Shown one piece after another: positions 10,735 through 22,936 of a stretch of 64,000 nt of DNA. The stretch comes from Asterionella formosa (Eukaryota). The notes under the pieces are model-generated. The model ran no database searches, had not been told where the DNA came from, and was given only the letters and a program-made list of their open reading frames with translations. Every line of letters starts with the position of its first letter. Position 1 is the stretch's first letter. The stretch lies in assembly GCA_002256025.1 (NCBI GenBank), contig NKIB01012713.1, positions 1 through 64,000 of the forward strand. Direction: 5' to 3'. Made by a program: the position numbers and the translations under genes.

Positions 10735-11555
10735 GGGTATACTCAATGCATTATTATAAAATATTCATGTATCTTGAATGAATTTCTCCGGTATATATAT
10801 GCGGTAGGCATCAACGTCCCATCATGATGTACATTATTACCGGTACCTGGTACTCGGAGTACCATAACATAATTATTTAATAGGAAAGATGATCGATGAT
10901 GATGGTCGTAATGACAAAGTGGTGATGAGTCACAGCCATTTCGGACATTCCGACCCGAAGGCAAATTGGAAATGGTCCTCGGTCCTTGTCTCGATCTCGG
11001 CTTTACATTGTTCATTACTGTACTATATTTCTATTATTATACATCTGGTTTGAATGCGACATAAACATATCTGCTACTACGAGCATACCCGTACTTTGGA
11101 GAAATCATTTTCTTTCTACTCACGATAGATTACCATACGCACCGGTGCATGGTACCTGGTACCAGTAACAGGTATTTGCTGGTACCGGAGCAGGAGTGTT
11201 CGCTTCTGAGCACACCAAGCCAAGCAAGATGTCGGTAGTCTACGCGTATGACACTGGTATTCTGGTACATGCGGCACTTCTTTCTGTTTGCAAGAGTATA
11301 TACCGGTATTAGAGTATAGTAGATCATGATTTAGGTTGTTGTTTCCTCCATTTTGTCAATCCTTTTTGTCGTCGAATCGTTGAGTCATTATGGTACCGTT
11401 CTGGTTCACCCGAATACCGGTGGTATAGATATATAGATGTGGACTGTAATGTATTCATAGAAATGTCACCGACCATTTTATTCCCTTCTCAATCCTCCTC
11501 ACCTCGCCGCTGAATTATCAGCCGCACAGCGACCTCCAAGCCAGTCCAAGCCAGC

Positions 11556-14533
11556 ATGGATCTCATGAGAAGATCAAACGTTTATGACTGGCAAGTTACA
11601 GCTCAAGACGACTACGATGTCTATGGTGGAGTTAGAAAGCATCAAGATGGAAAGCAACACACCTATGGAGGAGGTATGCAAAACATTCTGCCTTCGATGC
11701 GAGACGCTTCAGCACGTTATTCGCAAGGTGCTCTTGTGAGCGGGGGAGATAACAACTCGATAGAAGCATACTTAGTGGGTGACGAGGGAGGCGATTCGAC
11801 GCCTCCTATAATTTCAGCTCTTGTGCAACCCTTGCGCAAGCTTTTCATCGATGAAGCCGGAGACTTAATTTTCACAGGAATTGGTCAGGCTAGTTTGGCT
11901 CTGCTAGCTGCAGCTGTTTGTTATTTCGCAGTTCAGCAAGCATCTACCAACATTGCTATTCGCCGTCCCGATTTTGTCAATTTACATCCTTATGTCTCTT
12001 CATCCTACTACGCTTCAACTCAATCACTCAAGACACTTCTTGATACCGAGCACTTGCAAGTCAGGAGGCTTGGAAGCAAGGCAGTTCTTAACGATCACAC
12101 TTTCAAGGCTCGCGTCGCAGTGGTCCGACCATTTTGTGAATTCGATGCCGAAGCCTTACCTTCTACATTCGCCGTCTGGAACCAGCTTCCTCCTTGCCGT
12201 GCATCCGCTACAGATTTAGACCTAACCAGACGTGTGCACCGGAACTCAACTCACGCCGAAGAACGATACTTTGATGACGTTGGGACAGAAGTTATGCAAG
12301 ATATGGTAGCAGATGTGTTTTTGTTTTACAGTCAAACGTTCTCGGAAAACGAAGTCGCTCTGAAAGCTGTGGATTCCATCATTGATCAGTTCAACGAGCC
12401 TGGAGGTTGGTCTCAGTGTTTTGCAAATATTTATGCAATTGAAGCCAACATTCCCCAGGAATTGGATCTTTACATTCCGTCTGCCCAGGAAGAACTGTAT
12501 AATTGGGTGAATGGACCGAACAGGCAGTTCGAAGCTGCTTTCCGAATTATCCAATCTGGGGAGTGGGGAGACTACGATGGTTTCTATCTTATGGAGGGTG
12601 ATTCTATTCCTATCAAAAACAACTGGTTAGATGTTGTTCTATCCGAGATCGAAGCCAACCGTCCTTTTGCCGTGCTAGGAGCGTGAGTATTTTTTTCGTT
12701 TTCTCCGCCGCTGCCGTTGTTCATATCGACATGGTGATGTTACAAAAACCGGTATCCTGCACGTTGGGCTGGGTCATGCAGTCATCACGATGGCATTGTG
12801 ATTTCGACAATGACTCATTTCGGCAGGCACGAATCGGTCATTGGTCGACATCTTGAATTTTTGGTACTAACTCAGTCTCATAATATTGTTTTCTATCGAT
12901 CATCAACCACCGGTAATCGGTTTTTTTATTCAGGAAATACAATGGGGATAAGTGGGACAACTTTTACGAGAAGATTCCACTTTCATTGATCCATCACATT
13001 AACGGTAATGCGATATACAATACCTCACATCCCTTGTTGGAGCGTTTGGTCGGTCAGTTGGAGGTCGAAGCTCCTTGTCCTTACAACTCAATCCCTTACG
13101 ATTACAGAATGAGTCAGATGGTTGTCGAAGGAGCCCTTGGTATCATACCAGAGTTGGCTCCCAAGATTATGTTGAATGAGGAAGGAGAAAATATTACCTT
13201 GTCAAACAACACAGAGATGTTTACGAAATGGTGGGATATGCATCAGGACGAAAAGCCCTTCAAGGAAACGCCGGTTATTCACAACTACGCCGCAACAAAT
13301 TTGATTCCTCGTCATTTGGGCCCTGAATACATCATTCATGGTGCCAAATTGTATGCTCCCTGGAATCCAACGAAGACGAGTATTACTTTAGTGATCGCCG
13401 AATGGTTCCATGATCGTTCGTCTTATTTGTTGAGTCATTTGGATGAAAAAGATCATCCGTTTTCAGACGTAATAGTTATGCTCCCTCCGAGTATCGAGGC
13501 ACACAGCGATTATGACAACATGACCGTCGTTCCGACCAGGGCTCAACATCGTTCAGGTCCAGATTACATGGATTTGTGCGAGGCTGATGTGAAAACAGAA
13601 TGGTTCATGATGACCAACTCTTACCACAAAGTCGCATCGCACGTTGATTTAATGTTCGTTCCTGGTACTTTCAAGCCCGTTGTGCCGTTTACTCCTGCAA
13701 CATACGCCTTTTGCTTCAAGTTCCCATATTGTAAAGAGAGTGTGAATCTCGCTCAGCGTTTCAACCCTGGTCACGAAAAGGTCGTGCTGGATTTTGATAT
13801 CTTGTACCATACAGAGACGCGAAATGCATTTTGCAAGGAATGGAAGCAACGTTTTGGTGCAGAGGGCGAAAACTTGTACAAAGGTCGAAGGAAGCGAAAA
13901 GCTATGGAGGGAAAAATTATTGGTCCGTCTGGTCCTACTGGTACTTCGTACGCCGCATATCTTGCCCGCGATGGTAAAGAAAGTATGTACAAATTTACTG
14001 ATCGTTCGCTGTACGGTGCTCGTGATCCTTTCGTCAAGGTGTTTGCCAAGGAGGAACGCTTGGATGGAATGTCTGAAGAATTGTACGCCATGCGTGACCT
14101 GCAGCGTAACTTGACATCGTCTGATTGTAACTGTAAGGCCTTTGAAACTGAAGATGAATGCGAGAGCTCAGGCTTGGGTTGCATTTGGAGACCTTTGTTT
14201 GATTCCTGTCGACCTCCAGAGCTTATGGATGGTGGAGTTCCCATTTGCGCTGCTTCTGAAGCACCCACCATGGCACCCACCATGCACGATCCTCTTGATG
14301 ACACGCCAGCTCCTACCGATGCTCCAACAGATCAACCTCACTCGGATCCATGGTATGCGTCGTTGTTCAAGTCTCGCGAGCGCGAACGAGATTTGGCAGC
14401 CCAGACCAAAAAGGGCGACCACGACGAGCCGGCCGCAAACCTTGAATCAGATCAAGATATCGAAGCATATATGCGAGAAGACACGTTGGGAGATTTCGCA
14501 CTGGGTAGCGAGTTTGAAGACACCAACTACTGA
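11556..14533 (+). CDS. Uncharacterised type II membrane-like protein, possibly glycosyltransferase-like; exons 11556-12682 and 12934-14533
   Basis: The GTGAGT...TTCAG intron at 12683-12933 joins FAVLGA|KYNGDKWDNF...IHHINGNAIY in frame. One TM-like helix (ASLALLAAAVCYFAV), a YLMEGDSIP acidic motif, a Cys-rich module and an APT repeat near the C-terminus. Confidence 0.85.
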
Positions 14534-14791
14534 GTAGACAGCGGTGGTTCGGCAAACCTACAAGTGGGATAGCGAATCTCAGCTCTCACCAAACGTTTAC
14601 TCTTGGAACTATGTCATCAAAACAATTTGAAGCTATAGCAAGTATAGAGAAAAATAAATCGCAAAAGTGTAGGTTAGTTATTTTCATTATCATGACTTGT
14701 CTCCTGTACCGAGTGGTTCGATTTACAGTTTTGATCGAGAGGAAAACGTGAGGTGATAAAATACTGCGCATAATGTCAACAAGTGAGAAAA

Positions 14792-15685
14792 TTACTTTGC
14801 TCCCATTTGTGAGATTCGAACTAGTCGAGGGGCTAAGAATGCCATGACTGCCCGCATTTCAATTTCACTTGATATCATGCCTGTCTTCTTGTTTGGTTGA
14901 GTGTGTATCTCTACCAATCCGTTGCCACATGCTTGTTCATATCCATCCTTCGCTTGATGTGCCATGATAGCGGTAAATGTTTCATCATGTTCACCGCAAA
15001 CAAGTAAAATAGGAGTTCCCAAACTCTTGAATCCCTTGGATGGACCTCCAGAATTGCCACCTCCAACGCAAATGCCACCACCAAAGGGTAGTCGAGCGTT
15101 TTGACTCCATGATTGACAAAATTCCATAATAAGGCAAGCACCAGCTCCATACCCAATAAAAAATATTCTTTCAGCAACCATCCAATGATGGTCCAGAAGC
15201 AAATTGAGAATTTCGGCAAACCTGGACACTGCAGCATCAATGGATGATCGGCGAACAGGATGGTCGGCTGGTAAAGTCTCTCCTGTGGCATAATCCATTT
15301 CTTGGAACCAAGTATGCCCCAATCCCAAGGGTAAAGTATGAAACCGTAACGACGATATTGCTAACGTTGCAGTTTGGGGTAGTTTCATAGTCTGCCCCAG
15401 CTTGTCAAAGGGTAGATGAGTGTCACCTGCACCATGTAGTAATATCAGTAGATTGGTGTTGTTTGCTTTGTCCTGACTATGTCGATATAGATAGTAAGAT
15501 CGGCGATCTTCTTTTGAGTTGCAGTTCGGCGCTAGGCAATTCTTGACTGCTTTGGGTAGCTGACGGCGAACAGGAAGTTCCGCATGTGACTGAGCAAGGT
15601 GGACTGGACCAGCACTCTGCCATTCTCCTGTTGCTTTATCCTTCACTTCCAAGTGTGCTTTATCTAAAATTTCGTTCTCGCTCAT
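14792..15685 (-). CDS. Phospholipase/carboxylesterase-family alpha/beta hydrolase lacking the canonical nucleophile Ser
   Basis: LLILLHGAGD, WF, RIFFIGYGAGA and TPILLVCGEHDE motifs. Confidence 0.8.
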   Translation of the reverse strand: MSENEILDKAHLEVKDKATGEWQSAGPVHLAQSHAELPVRRQLPKAVKNCLAPNCNSKEDRRSYYLYRHSQDKANNTNLLILLHGAGDTHLPFDKLGQTMKLPQTATLAISSLRFHTLPLGLGHTWFQEMDYATGETLPADHPVRRSSIDAAVSRFAEILNLLLDHHWMVAERIFFIGYGAGACLIMEFCQSWSQNARLPFGGGICVGGGNSGGPSKGFKSLGTPILLVCGEHDETFTAIMAHQAKDGYEQACGNGLVEIHTQPNKKTGMISSEIEMRAVMAFLAPRLVRISQMGAK

Positions 15686-17005
15686 CGCTTCGAGGAAACC
15701 TGTATTGGGTTTGATTCTTCTTAAGTAAACGACACTCTTGAACAGGTAGGAAAACGCCTACGGATTAGCAGTCGTGTCACTAGTGCAGAACAGGATAGGA
15801 AAACGCTAGCATAGGTGTCAATCTGGAAGGTTGACCATAGTCATTGTCAGGAGGTGGCACATTTTTTCGCCATCCTTTCTTATTGTTTGTCATCTTTCCT
15901 GGAATCCTTTCGAACGGCTGATGACGTGACGAGGATCATGAAGGCAAGTGGAAACGTTGTTTTGCATTCCGAGTACCGGTAAGTACCGGTAAAGGAACTG
16001 GTACCAGGTACTCCGTAACAGGGTACCATAGCTAATTGCACTATGTAGTCTACCGCCCGGTATTTTAAGAAACACATACGTACGCATCGCACTCCTGCGA
16101 TCAAAGTCCTCCCTATGCACCGGTAGGTTAGTGCAAACGAGGTGATCGTACTGGAACAAGCATGTCTCCATTACCGGTAGGAGTGTAGTACGTATTAGTT
16201 CATCGTTTGCTCCCAGCCATAATGGCTGCAAAAGCTGTTACCAGTACCTGGTACTGGGTATACCGGTATACTACACTACAAATAAATTCAAGTCCAAGAA
16301 TGTTTCAACTACCGGAATCGGAAAAAATACATACTTTTAAACCTGCAATTCTGTCCAGCATAATTGTTATTGTTATAAATTATGTAGTGGTACCTGGTAG
16401 CTCTATAAGAGGAGCTGTAAAATATTGCTTGATATTAAATGCACTCCTGGTATGGTTCATGTCGTACCTCTCGTATAGTACGCACCACAGTTAAAATATT
16501 GTTCAGATGTTGACAACTTGTATTTTATCTGATATACCGTACATATAGTATGATTTGCTTGACTGATTTTGAGACAACATGCGTATGAAAAAAATTACCA
16601 CAACAAGCAACGAATCCGAAGCAAGTTTTCTAGTTTTGCAGGCATCGCGACCTACCACCGCATACAACCACAGCAACAATCATCGTTCCAAGTGCCTACC
16701 ACCGGGTAATACATAAATTTTCGTACTAGAAAGAGTCACTGTGTGTTGCCCTCACAATAAGGCAGCCTCGAAACATCCAGTTGCCAAACTCTCCCTTTAT
16801 TCATCGAAAGACTCTTACTCGTACACTGATCGACAAGTTACAGGAACTGGAACTGGAACTGGTCTTGCTGTTGCTTGCTGTCACTTGAATACTTGAATAC
16901 TTGAATTTCGAATTTATTATCTGAGGACTGGAACGACCCTTTCCTGCAAAGCGATCGCGACGGCATCGACGAATGTCGACCCTACTAGTGAAGCGAAGCA
17001 GAATC

Positions 17006-19281
17006 ATGAAGAATGCCCTGATCCTCATTAGCTCGCTCGCGCTGGTGTCTGCCGGATTTATTGACATGGATACTCCTCTCGACCAAAGAACAACAACGTC
17101 ACTGATCGATGGCACAGTTTACAATCTGGTACGTCCAAAGTCCGTTGCTCCTTGTCCTCGTTGCATTCACTGTCATTTCATGATCACTGTCCTAACCAAT
17201 TCGCCGTGTATTTTATTTTATATATTTCCACAATGTAGGTCATGTCGGACGAGTTCAATGTCCCAAACCGCACATTTACGGACGGACACGACCCTGTTTG
17301 GACTGCTCTGGACAAGTCAGATGATGATTCATCGTCTGCTGGGGGCGGATCTCAACAGTTTTACAACTCCACCTTCGTCACGACTACGGAAGATGGATTT
17401 CTCAAGATCGCGTCCGTTATAGGCAAAACAGAATGGAATCGTTATGATCAAGTCAATAAGCAGTGGAAACATGAAACGTCAAACTTTTTGAGTGGAATGA
17501 TGCAGAGCTGGGAAAAATTCTGCTTCACTGGAGGCATTGTTGAGATCGATATAATCCTCCCAGGTGATCCGTATATTGGTGGTCTATGGCCTGCTGTGTG
17601 GATATTGGGAAATCTCGGACGAGCTACATATGAGGCGTCCACGAACAACATTTGGCCTTGGAGTTATGACACGTGCAATCGTTCCCTTCAGGACGCGCAA
17701 ACTATCTCTGCATGCAACCAGCAGAATCACTATGGATTGAATCCTTTTCAAGGGCGAGGCGCGACGGAGATTGACCTACTTGAAGTCATGACAGGAGACA
17801 ATACGGGTGGAGCACTTCCAGGAACAGATCCGCCTGTCGAGCTGCCGTATGCTGATTTCACTTTGCAGGTAAGGGTCTTCTCGCAATTGGAATTGACTGG
17901 AAGACTTAAATGGACCTAACTCTTTGTCATGCATCGCCTACATCATCAACAGGTCGCACCTGGAGTCAAAAATAACCGCCCTCAATCTGGAGCAGCCCCG
18001 ATTCGAGAGGATACAATCAATGCGAATGGACGCACTGAATTCACGAAGCAAACATGGTATGATGGACTTGTATTCCACGGAAACACATCGCTTAATCCTT
18101 TCTTCTATGGTACCTATCTCGCCGAGACAAAGCCTAATGAACCCGTGACTAGAGGTAAAAACCAGGCATTCCAGGCAGACGCCGTCGGCGCCATGCATCA
18201 GCTGACCCGGGCTCATTTCAAAAAGGTTCATACATTCAGGGTCGAATGGCAACCTGGTGCTGGAGGCCGGCTCGATTGGTTCACCAAAAGCCACAGGGTA
18301 AACGCAAGCTTATCGATGGAAGGAGACGGCATGGGACATGATTGGGTTCATGCTTTTAGTCTGAAAGACAAGTCCCTTTCTGATTTGATGGGATCCCAAA
18401 TTCCCAACGAGCCGAGCCACTTGATCATGAACACTGCCATTTCGTCGACTTGGGGTTTCCCTTATTCTGTTCCTACTTGGTGTACTCGCTGCTTCGATTG
18501 CGAAGATCCAAAATGTGCGTGTAATTTCGCACCTGGGTTTTGCGCCATGATGTCGGAGGGTGTTTCGATGCAAATAGATCATATCCGAGTTTACCAATCA
18601 AGCAATGACTCGGCTCACGTCGGCAACTCTCACACACTTGGCTGTGATCCACCCGCTTATCCTACTCGAGAATGGATATTGGGTCACGAATACCGATACA
18701 TGAGAAATCCTCCCTTTTCGTACCTAGACAAGGGACCTTTGCAAAGAAGAATTCAACGAGGCGGGGGAAGCTGTGAAACGGATTTTGAGTGTGGAGGCCA
18801 CATCCACAATGAGAACCTAACGAAAGTTTATTTTGGAGAGGCCCAGACAACACGTAGTGAGGATGGTGAAGGAGGGGAGATTCCAATGGGACGAGGGCAA
18901 TGTGTTGACAAGCAGGAGTTCATGGCCATGTTTACAGCCCGGACGACACCAGCGGCGAAACTCTGCAAATGCAACGAGGGGTTCACTGGTCCACACTGCC
19001 TTGCTCAACTACATGTCGACGATACACCTAGTGCATTCAAGCTTCGCACAAGAGATTCCCCATTCCATGCCATCGAATCCTTCCAAGTCACACCGTTCAT
19101 GCTGACTTCTGCTCTACTACTAGTGCCATTCCTTTTAGCCGTCCTCGTCAGGCAAGTCACGAGTAAGAAGTTAGTTAGGGCATCTTCGCCAACTGACGAT
19201 GCGGCAACACCAGCACTTAAGCGTCTAATTCCCAAGGTGGCGAATAGGGAAAATGTGCTGATCACAGGTCGATCAGTGTAA
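17006..19281 (+). CDS. KRE6: KRE6/SKN1-family GH16 beta-glucan transglycosylase; exons 17006-17128, 17239-17868, 17953-19281
   Basis: Signal peptide, IDMDTP, L|VMSDEF, KFCFTGG, GLWPAVWILGNLGRATY, GRGATEIDLLE (ExDxxE), QIPNEP, IDHIRVYQ, GCDPPAYPT, an EGF-like CKCNEGFTGPHC and a C-terminal TM helix. Introns 17129-17238 and 17869-17952 are GT-AG and keep the frame. Confidence 0.93.
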
Positions 19282-19819
19282 ATGCATTGTGTGAAACACT
19301 CAATCGTTACTTTTATTTATTTGCTATCCACCTATACTCCTGCTAAATTAAAAAGTATTTATAAAAGTTAATTCGCTGAAAGAAACGTTTGCAGCATACT
19401 CATTTGATCACATAGCGTATTGATGTTGGGGAATCATTTATTCAAGGGGCACGATTATCATCATCTACCACGCATAGAGCAAGTCGTTGTCGATGACAAG
19501 AAAAACTATCATCCATGCAATATTGTCTTGACATGTATGCTGAATACTTTGAGCAAATATTCTTCGCTCAAATGAATATTCGGCTTGCATCCACCGTTTT
19601 CTCGTGATTCTGGTTCATATAGAATCTTAATTGAAAACATCTCCATTTGCATCCACAAATTAGTTGAGGAGTAATGTTTTGTGTTGTGGAGATATGTTTG
19701 CGTTTGTTGTAAGGAGGGTTTACCTGACTGCGATGGTGGTAGGCATATGTCGAGGCGAGCAACGAAGACTTGAATTCATTTTCAGTAATCGAAATAAAAA
19801 GGAGCGTCTCGAGAAACCA

Positions 19820-22800
19820 CTATTCGAGTGCTACGACACAAACTCCAATATTGTCATTTGACCCACGAATATATGCTTCGTGTGTTAGCCGTTCTGCTGC
19901 TTCTTGGAAGGCGTCGGTTTCTCTCCAAAAATTGAAGGAGACAAGGACTTCCACAACCATATCAACAGCCTCTTGATTGCTCAATACATCCCAGAGGCCA
20001 TCGGATGCGAGTACAATGAAGCATGGTATCGGGTTTTCAGCCGAAAAACCGCAAGACGACTTTAACTCGTCCCGCGAAGAAATGTGGACATGCGGTACTC
20101 GCGAAAGGAGTGATGCAAGGTCGGCATCCCCAATCGACCGAGTTATTGCGAGAGTGCCATTCACTCGATCAATTCCACCATTGGAAGTGATCTCACCTCC
20201 GTATCTCTCGACCGAAACTCTTTCGTATGAGTTTGAGGCAACATGATCAACGGTCAAGGGAATAGCCTTATACACACCATTTTTCATGGACGATAACACT
20301 GCTCGTGAGTCTCCGACGTTTGCTACGACAATTATTTCTTCATTCATGTACAGAACCGTCGCTGTTGTGCCACTTTGATCCATCACGACCTCAGCAGTAG
20401 CAGCTGCTTTCAAGAAGCTGAGATGGATTTCCTCGAACACTTCCACAATAACTAATTTGGTATTGTCCTTGTTCCAGTCATTTTTTCCTGACAAGGATTG
20501 AAATGCAGTCATGCGATTGTGAATTAATTCGTAGAACTTCGAAGCGGCGAACTTAGCAGCTAAGTTGCCAGTGTGGCCATCAAAGACACCATAAAATTGG
20601 TGAGATGAATGCAAATGGATCGAATGAAAGTCTTCGATCGTCCGTCGGCGACCTTGAATATCGCAGTATCCTGAGAACGTATGAGCGGGTAAAAGTGTAT
20701 GTGCATTCAAGCATGTCGGTAGCCTTGATCGATCATAGGTACAAAATTTGGCATGTTTTCTTGTTATAGCGTGTTTTTGGCAAGATCTCCAATCCCCAAA
20801 CACTCGGCTGCACTTTGGACACACGAATTCAGTGACAGTTGCAGTGGTCCGAATATCCATTCGAGGATCAAGCATCAATAATGCCAAGTTCGATGTAATG
20901 GATTGCTCTAGATCAATGTTCGAGAAATATGGGTGTCTAAGAGCTTCAGTTGCAGTAATGCGCTCGTGTGGGTCCCAGGCTAGCAACTTCCAAATCAGGT
21001 GAAGTAGCGTGTCTGAAGTTGAATCAAACCCAAGCCCTAGAGGATCCCTGGCCCTAAGCGCATGATGAAAGTCTTGTAAAGTGCATGATTGCTTTACCAT
21101 AGCTGCATTGAAAAGTGGATCAGTTTCTCTCATTGGCCATCGCGCAGTGGATGATCCATTTTGCGGAATATAAATACAGAACTGCGATAATGCTGCAAGA
21201 TATAGAACCCGCTGAATTTCTTCTTCGGATGCACCTTTTTTCTTCATTTTGTTAGTTAGGACCGCTGTCGTCCTTTGATCAACTGAGAACACATTTGGCG
21301 TTCCAAGAAGGAGTTCAAGCGCTACAACGCCGATACTCCAGGAGTCGTACGTCTCTGGTTTGGTTTCAAGAAACGGAACCCACGACGGACCAAGCCAGGA
21401 CTCTGGGGGAGCATACTCTGCCGATTGTTCAGCAGCTGATGGTCCATTGGAGTAAAGGTTGTCGTTCGAAAATTCGTCCCAAGCACTGGAGAAGTCAGCT
21501 AGCACACAGTTTATTTGCGAAACATCTAAATCAGCAGCGTCGCTCTCCAGCAATCCTGCTAGATCAAGGTTTGTAATGCATAAATAGTTTGATGGTTTGA
21601 TGTCTCTGTGAACTATTCCTTGACCATGGAGGTACGATGCAGCCTGTACAAGCTGTAATAACACTTCTTTCATCAAAGTGCGACCAACTGCTGAATTCAA
21701 TGACTTCCTTCCTCGTCCTCGCCATTGCGATCCCTGTTTATGATTGTGATGGTCCTCTCGTCTTGTCACTGATAATGCTTTATCTCCGACCTGTTCATTA
21801 CGATTTGTGTTAGATGTGCTCTTTCGAAGCTTAGTCCAAAACATAGAATGCTGAAAAACAACAAAGCCTCCGCTAGTTGATGGCTGGTACAGGTACGATC
21901 GAAGGGAAGGACCAGCATCTTCATATACAATCCATAACTCTAGCTCCTGTTGGTCTCTCGTGAATGCAGACTTATTCTCCCGAAAGAAATGATCCACATA
22001 GACCGAAAACATTTTATGTTCACCTAAGAGAATGTGCCCAAAGTAAATTTCTCGAAGTCCTGCTTCTAACAGAGCAGTACCACGCTCAACTTTTAACCGC
22101 TTCAAGACCAATGGCTTTGTTTCGTCACAATCTCGATCGTTCTTTGAACACTTGCGCCTTCCCCTCCACACTTCTCCATGAGAGCCACCGGCAAACGCGT
22201 GATCACCCATCTTTTCATAATTATTCTTGGCGTCCTTGTTGGGATATCCCATGAATATAAACCACCATTGCCACCATGTACTTATAGTTACAAGATTTAC
22301 CAAAGCAGTGTCTCCTTGGATTGCAAGGCTCGTGCCTTCCAGTATAGGTGCAGTATCGTCAATCAAAGGAGATGCAGGTAAAGCAATCACTGGCTTATAT
22401 GCATAATCAAGTGCGTGTTTTGGTCGGACACCCAGTTCCAAATGAATTGGATCGATTAGCTCGTAGAGAGAATCTTTTCCCTTCTCGTGGTCCGTTTCTG
22501 CTTGACAGTCCAAGTCTATTTCGGTACATTCATTCACGTTGAATACGTTGAAGACCATACCAATAAACGGTTCCGACGACGAGGTACCCGTAAACAAATC
22601 CGGTGGTACATCCATATCACCACTTGAGCGTACGTTCACACCTACTTCGTATGTGTGTACTTCTGCTAATCGCTTTATTTTGATCCTTCGACGACCATCA
22701 TTGTCAGAAAGGAAATGAACGTGTTCCCTTGCCCGTTGCCTTTTATTTAACATGGTTCGTTTGAGACTTCCCAACGCCTTGACAAGGTTCCGCCGGTGCT

Positions 22801-22936
22801 GATTCCAGCGTATTTTCCATTCAACGTCCAATTGCGGCTGGCCTGGGTGGTGATCAAGATCAATCGTCTCAGATGGAGACGTTGGTTTCAATGCCAGAAG
22901 GCCAAGGAATAACAAAAGAGTATGAAATTTGTTCAT
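19820..22936 (-). CDS. Protein kinase - C2H2 zinc finger - PP2C phosphatase fusion with N-terminal signal peptide
   Basis: Kinase: GGSHGEVW, LVLKRL, GLRE, HRDIKPSN, DFS, YAPPE, DSWSIG, RITATEALRHPYF. Zinc finger: CPKC-x12-H-x4-H. PP2C: GRRRTIED, VFDGH, SGTTA, NVGDSR, LASDGLWD, GSNDN. Start taken at MNKFHTLLL; an in-frame ATG also exists at 22960. Confidence 0.92.
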   Translation of the reverse strand: MNKFHTLLLFLGLLALKPTSPSETIDLDHHPGQPQLDVEWKIRWNQHRRNLVKALGSLKRTMLNKRQRAREHVHFLSDNDGRRRIKIKRLAEVHTYEVGVNVRSSGDMDVPPDLFTGTSSSEPFIGMVFNVFNVNECTEIDLDCQAETDHEKGKDSLYELIDPIHLELGVRPKHALDYAYKPVIALPASPLIDDTAPILEGTSLAIQGDTALVNLVTISTWWQWWFIFMGYPNKDAKNNYEKMGDHAFAGGSHGEVWRGRRKCSKNDRDCDETKPLVLKRLKVERGTALLEAGLREIYFGHILLGEHKMFSVYVDHFFRENKSAFTRDQQELELWIVYEDAGPSLRSYLYQPSTSGGFVVFQHSMFWTKLRKSTSNTNRNEQVGDKALSVTRREDHHNHKQGSQWRGRGRKSLNSAVGRTLMKEVLLQLVQAASYLHGQGIVHRDIKPSNYLCITNLDLAGLLESDAADLDVSQINCVLADFSSAWDEFSNDNLYSNGPSAAEQSAEYAPPESWLGPSWVPFLETKPETYDSWSIGVVALELLLGTPNVFSVDQRTTAVLTNKMKKKGASEEEIQRVLYLAALSQFCIYIPQNGSSTARWPMRETDPLFNAAMVKQSCTLQDFHHALRARDPLGLGFDSTSDTLLHLIWKLLAWDPHERITATEALRHPYFSNIDLEQSITSNLALLMLDPRMDIRTTATVTEFVCPKCSRVFGDWRSCQKHAITRKHAKFCTYDRSRLPTCLNAHTLLPAHTFSGYCDIQGRRRTIEDFHSIHLHSSHQFYGVFDGHTGNLAAKFAASKFYELIHNRMTAFQSLSGKNDWNKDNTKLVIVEVFEEIHLSFLKAAATAEVVMDQSGTTATVLYMNEEIIVVANVGDSRAVLSSMKNGVYKAIPLTVDHVASNSYERVSVERYGGEITSNGGIDRVNGTLAITRSIGDADLASLLSRVPHVHISSRDELKSSCGFSAENPIPCFIVLASDGLWDVLSNQEAVDMVVEVLVSFNFWRETDAFQEAAERLTHEAYIRGSNDNIGVCVVALE

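Noticed and set aside
12683..12933. Intronic snoRNA in the longer introns (also 4768-5005 and 41713-41999)
   Set aside because: No convincing paired C/D boxes with a terminal stem, and no H/ACA layout.
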